64,000 bases of DNA from Alloascoidea hylecoeti. Lineage: Eukaryota. The translations under genes and the position numbers were made by a program. Location: positions 1-64,000 of the forward strand of contig BCKZ01000026.1 in assembly GCA_001600815.1 (NCBI GenBank), read 5' to 3'. Positions 61,108 through 64,000 of this stretch are shown piece by piece; positions within the stretch are counted from its first letter, which is position 1, and every line of letters starts with the position of its first letter. The notes beneath the pieces were generated by a model. That model saw only the letters and a list, made by a program, of their open reading frames with translations. It was not told where the DNA came from and ran no database searches.

Positions 61108-63786
61108 ATGCCTATTCGGTTTAATAGAGTCCTGCTCTGGGAAAGATTTTTGATATTCATATCGATTTTCTTGGTATTTGCCAGAGCATCCGACTCAACT
61201 TCTAATTCTAGTCCTCATTCGGGATTTACCAAAAAGCATTTATTGGAGTTGAGGTAAATTTTGACATTTATTTTGTTTGGAAATCATAACTGAGTAGGAT
61301 TTTGATCATTAACTTGATTTTATTGTTTAGGGAGGAGTCAAGAGGGTTATTTTATCATGCTTGGGGTGCATATATGAAATCAGGATTCCCTTACGATGGT
61401 AAGGAATTATTATTATACTACTGTTTACACTCCCTTGAGTGAGAAAGCCATAGGAGACTAAATCATATTTTTCAAACTAGAGGTTAAACCAGTCTCGTGC
61501 GTTGGCTATGGTCCAGACAATGACCCATACAATATAGGAAGAAATGATGTTTTAGGAAATTATGGAGCAACACTAATAGATGCTTTGGATATGTTCCCTG
61601 TATGTTCTATGTTTTAAGAGCCAAACCAAGCTATATTAATCAAGTCTAACATGTGATATTAACAGATATTAGGGGATCAAGAAGGATTTGAGACAGCTGT
61701 GAAGTTAGTTAAGACATCGATTAATTTCAACACATCAACAACAGTACAAGTTTTTGAAACTACTATCAGGATAATTGGAGGGTTATTATCTGCTCATATA
61801 TATGCAGAATCTCCAAAATTGGGCCATAAAATAAAAGATTATGATGGGTTTTTATTAGATTTAGCTCATGATTTAGGAGAAAGATTATTGGATGCTTTTA
61901 GCTCACCATCTGGAATCCCTTACCCAAGGATTAATCTACGTTATGGTATTAGCGGGGTTCCAGAAGATATACAAGCAGAGACATGCACGGCGGGTGCCGG
62001 AAGCGTAGTCCTAGAATTCACACTACTAAGTAGACTTACTGGTGATAATAGGTTTGAAAATGTCGCAAAGAGGGCTTTTTATACACTTTGGAATAATCGA
62101 TCTCCCCTTGATCTTTTACCCATGTCAGTTTCCCCGGAATCAGGCGAATGGTTAGCTTCTATGACTGGTATCGGAGCTAGTATTGACTCATACTATGAGT
62201 ATGCTTTAAAAATGGGTGTACTATTTCATGATAAAGATATGATGAATATTTTCAAAAGTTTATACAAAAGCTTAAAAACACACTCCTTACATGACTGGCT
62301 TTATAGGAACGTTGATTCTTTCACAGGCGTTCAACTTTCATATTGGGTAGATTCACTTAGTGCATTTTTCCCGGGGGTGCAAGTATTATTTGGGGAAGTA
62401 GAAGAAGCAGCAAGAGCACATTTAGTCCACTACAAACTATGGAATACTTATGGTGGAATACCAGAGCGTTGGATGTTTAAGAGAAAAAATGTAAAATATA
62501 ATAATATATTGGATGATTTAGATGAAGTTGTTTTAGAGTGGTATCCATTAAGACCTGAATTAATTGAATCTACCTATTATTTGTATCAAAGTACAAAAGA
62601 TCCTTTTTACTTACAGGTGGGTAAAAAAGTGATGGAAGATATTCATGAATTGTATATGACACCATGTGGATTTTCAGGTATTCAAGATATAAGAACGGGT
62701 GGATTAAGTGATAGAATGGAAAGTTTTGTTTTATCTGAAACTTTCAAATATCTTTATTTATTATTTGATGTTGATAATGATTTAAACAAAATGGATTCTA
62801 ATTTTGTTCTTTCAACAGAAGCACATCCATTTTGGTATGATAAAAGTGTAATTCCTTACTATAGTCTAAATTCAACAACTATATTATCACCTCCAATTTC
62901 AGTAACAACAGCCATATCAACAGATAATAATGTATATAATGAAAGGACAAAAGATGAATTACACCTAACAGAAATGGATAAATCTTTAACTAGTACCTTC
63001 AAACAACTTTTACAATTTTTCAAGCATATTCTTGTTGATTTTGATTTTTTTGGAACAATACAGACAGAAAGTGGAGAGACTACTGATTTATATTTAACTA
63101 GTCGTCTTCATCTTCATAAACGTAGAGACAATTTCAATCAATATACTAATAAAACAATGGGGAATTATATTGATATATCTACTCTTAACGAAGAAATTCA
63201 ATGTCCAGTTCTAAAAAAATCATCATCATTATATTCTAGAATATCATCATGGTCTGAATTTTATTATCTAGATAAGAGATATAAACTCACAACTCCTGAA
63301 TACTTGAAGGCAATTCGACCTCAAAATTATATGGATCTGGAATCTACTTACTATGATACGTTTGTAAATCCACAAGCAATGTGCTCTGCATCAGTTGATA
63401 ATGAAGAATTTGAAGTTCTTTTTGGTGCTGTAGAACATACAAAGCATGCAAGACTTGAATCTGTTGGAAACGATGGCAATAACTATTATACACAAAATCT
63501 AAGTGGGTTACGGATACAACTTGAGCGTATTCCAATAGATCGAAGCAGCTCTAACCGACGGAAGTACGGTAAATTAGAATCAGTATTGGTTGCACATATA
63601 GTAAATGGCGTAAGGATTAATGAAAATCTGTATATTGAAGGTAAAAGTATGGAAAGAATTCAAACTGATAATGCCATTGGCATTCTAAATGGGATGATTA
63701 GTATACATGATGAACCAATCATTAACTTACTTGTACGCTTCAGAATCAAGGCAATTAATGGTGATGATGTTTTTATTAATGACTAG
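61108..63786 (+). CDS. MNL1: ER degradation-enhancing alpha-1,2-mannosidase-like protein (GH47, Htm1/EDEM)
   Basis: Exons 61108-61253, 61331-61398, 61481-61599, 61666-63786. Motifs GFPYDEVKPVSC, NDVLGNY..TLIDALD, VQVFETTIRIIGGLLSAH, YPLRPELIESTY, DRMESFVLSETFKYLYLLFD, STEAHP. Confidence 0.95.
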
Positions 63787-64000
63787 TGGATATAACATAG
63801 TTTTGTATATTTTTGATACTTGGGGTTGTCTTTTTTGGTGTTATTTATTTGATTTTGAAAGTATATAATTTATATATATACAATCAAAAGTATGTACATA
63901 TATATGATTTCGTATTATTATTTTAATTTTGCATCTTTCATATAGCCAATATTGATAACAATTGATATATGAATTTAAGTTAATTACGTAAAGCTATTTG

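Noticed and set aside
4095..63535. Many short ORF-track ORFs antisense or out of frame within long genes
   Set aside because: Shadow ORFs of biased codon usage and microsatellites, with no recognisable motifs.

Overview
Eukaryotic, very AT-rich budding-yeast (Saccharomycotina) DNA. The species cannot be called from the sequence, but it is intron-rich, keeps complex I (NUJM/NDUFA11-like gene) and TSC1, and appears to read CUG as Leu. Left to right: a decayed Ty3/Gypsy retrotransposon (PR-RT-RH-IN plus a chromodomain-like tail), MET5, a multi-KH protein, SLM1-like, tRNA-Asn(GTT), IML1, HOM6, PPX1, IPA1, HIR3, TSC1, PMT4, MGM101, a REEP/Atg40-like gene, CSM3, NUJM, a Zn2Cys6 factor with C-terminal CP motifs, a 6.6 kb gene desert containing a diverged inverted-repeat pair, a YHR202W-like 5'-nucleotidase, SPO12, a 3.5 kb gap with a dUTPase-like relic, and MNL1. 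I reconstructed 22 short spliceosomal introns by hand, which fixes many truncated ORF-track calls. The backbone matches the S. cerevisiae YJR137C-YJR144W / YHR201C-YHR204W synteny block. All family calls come from recognised motifs, not database searches.
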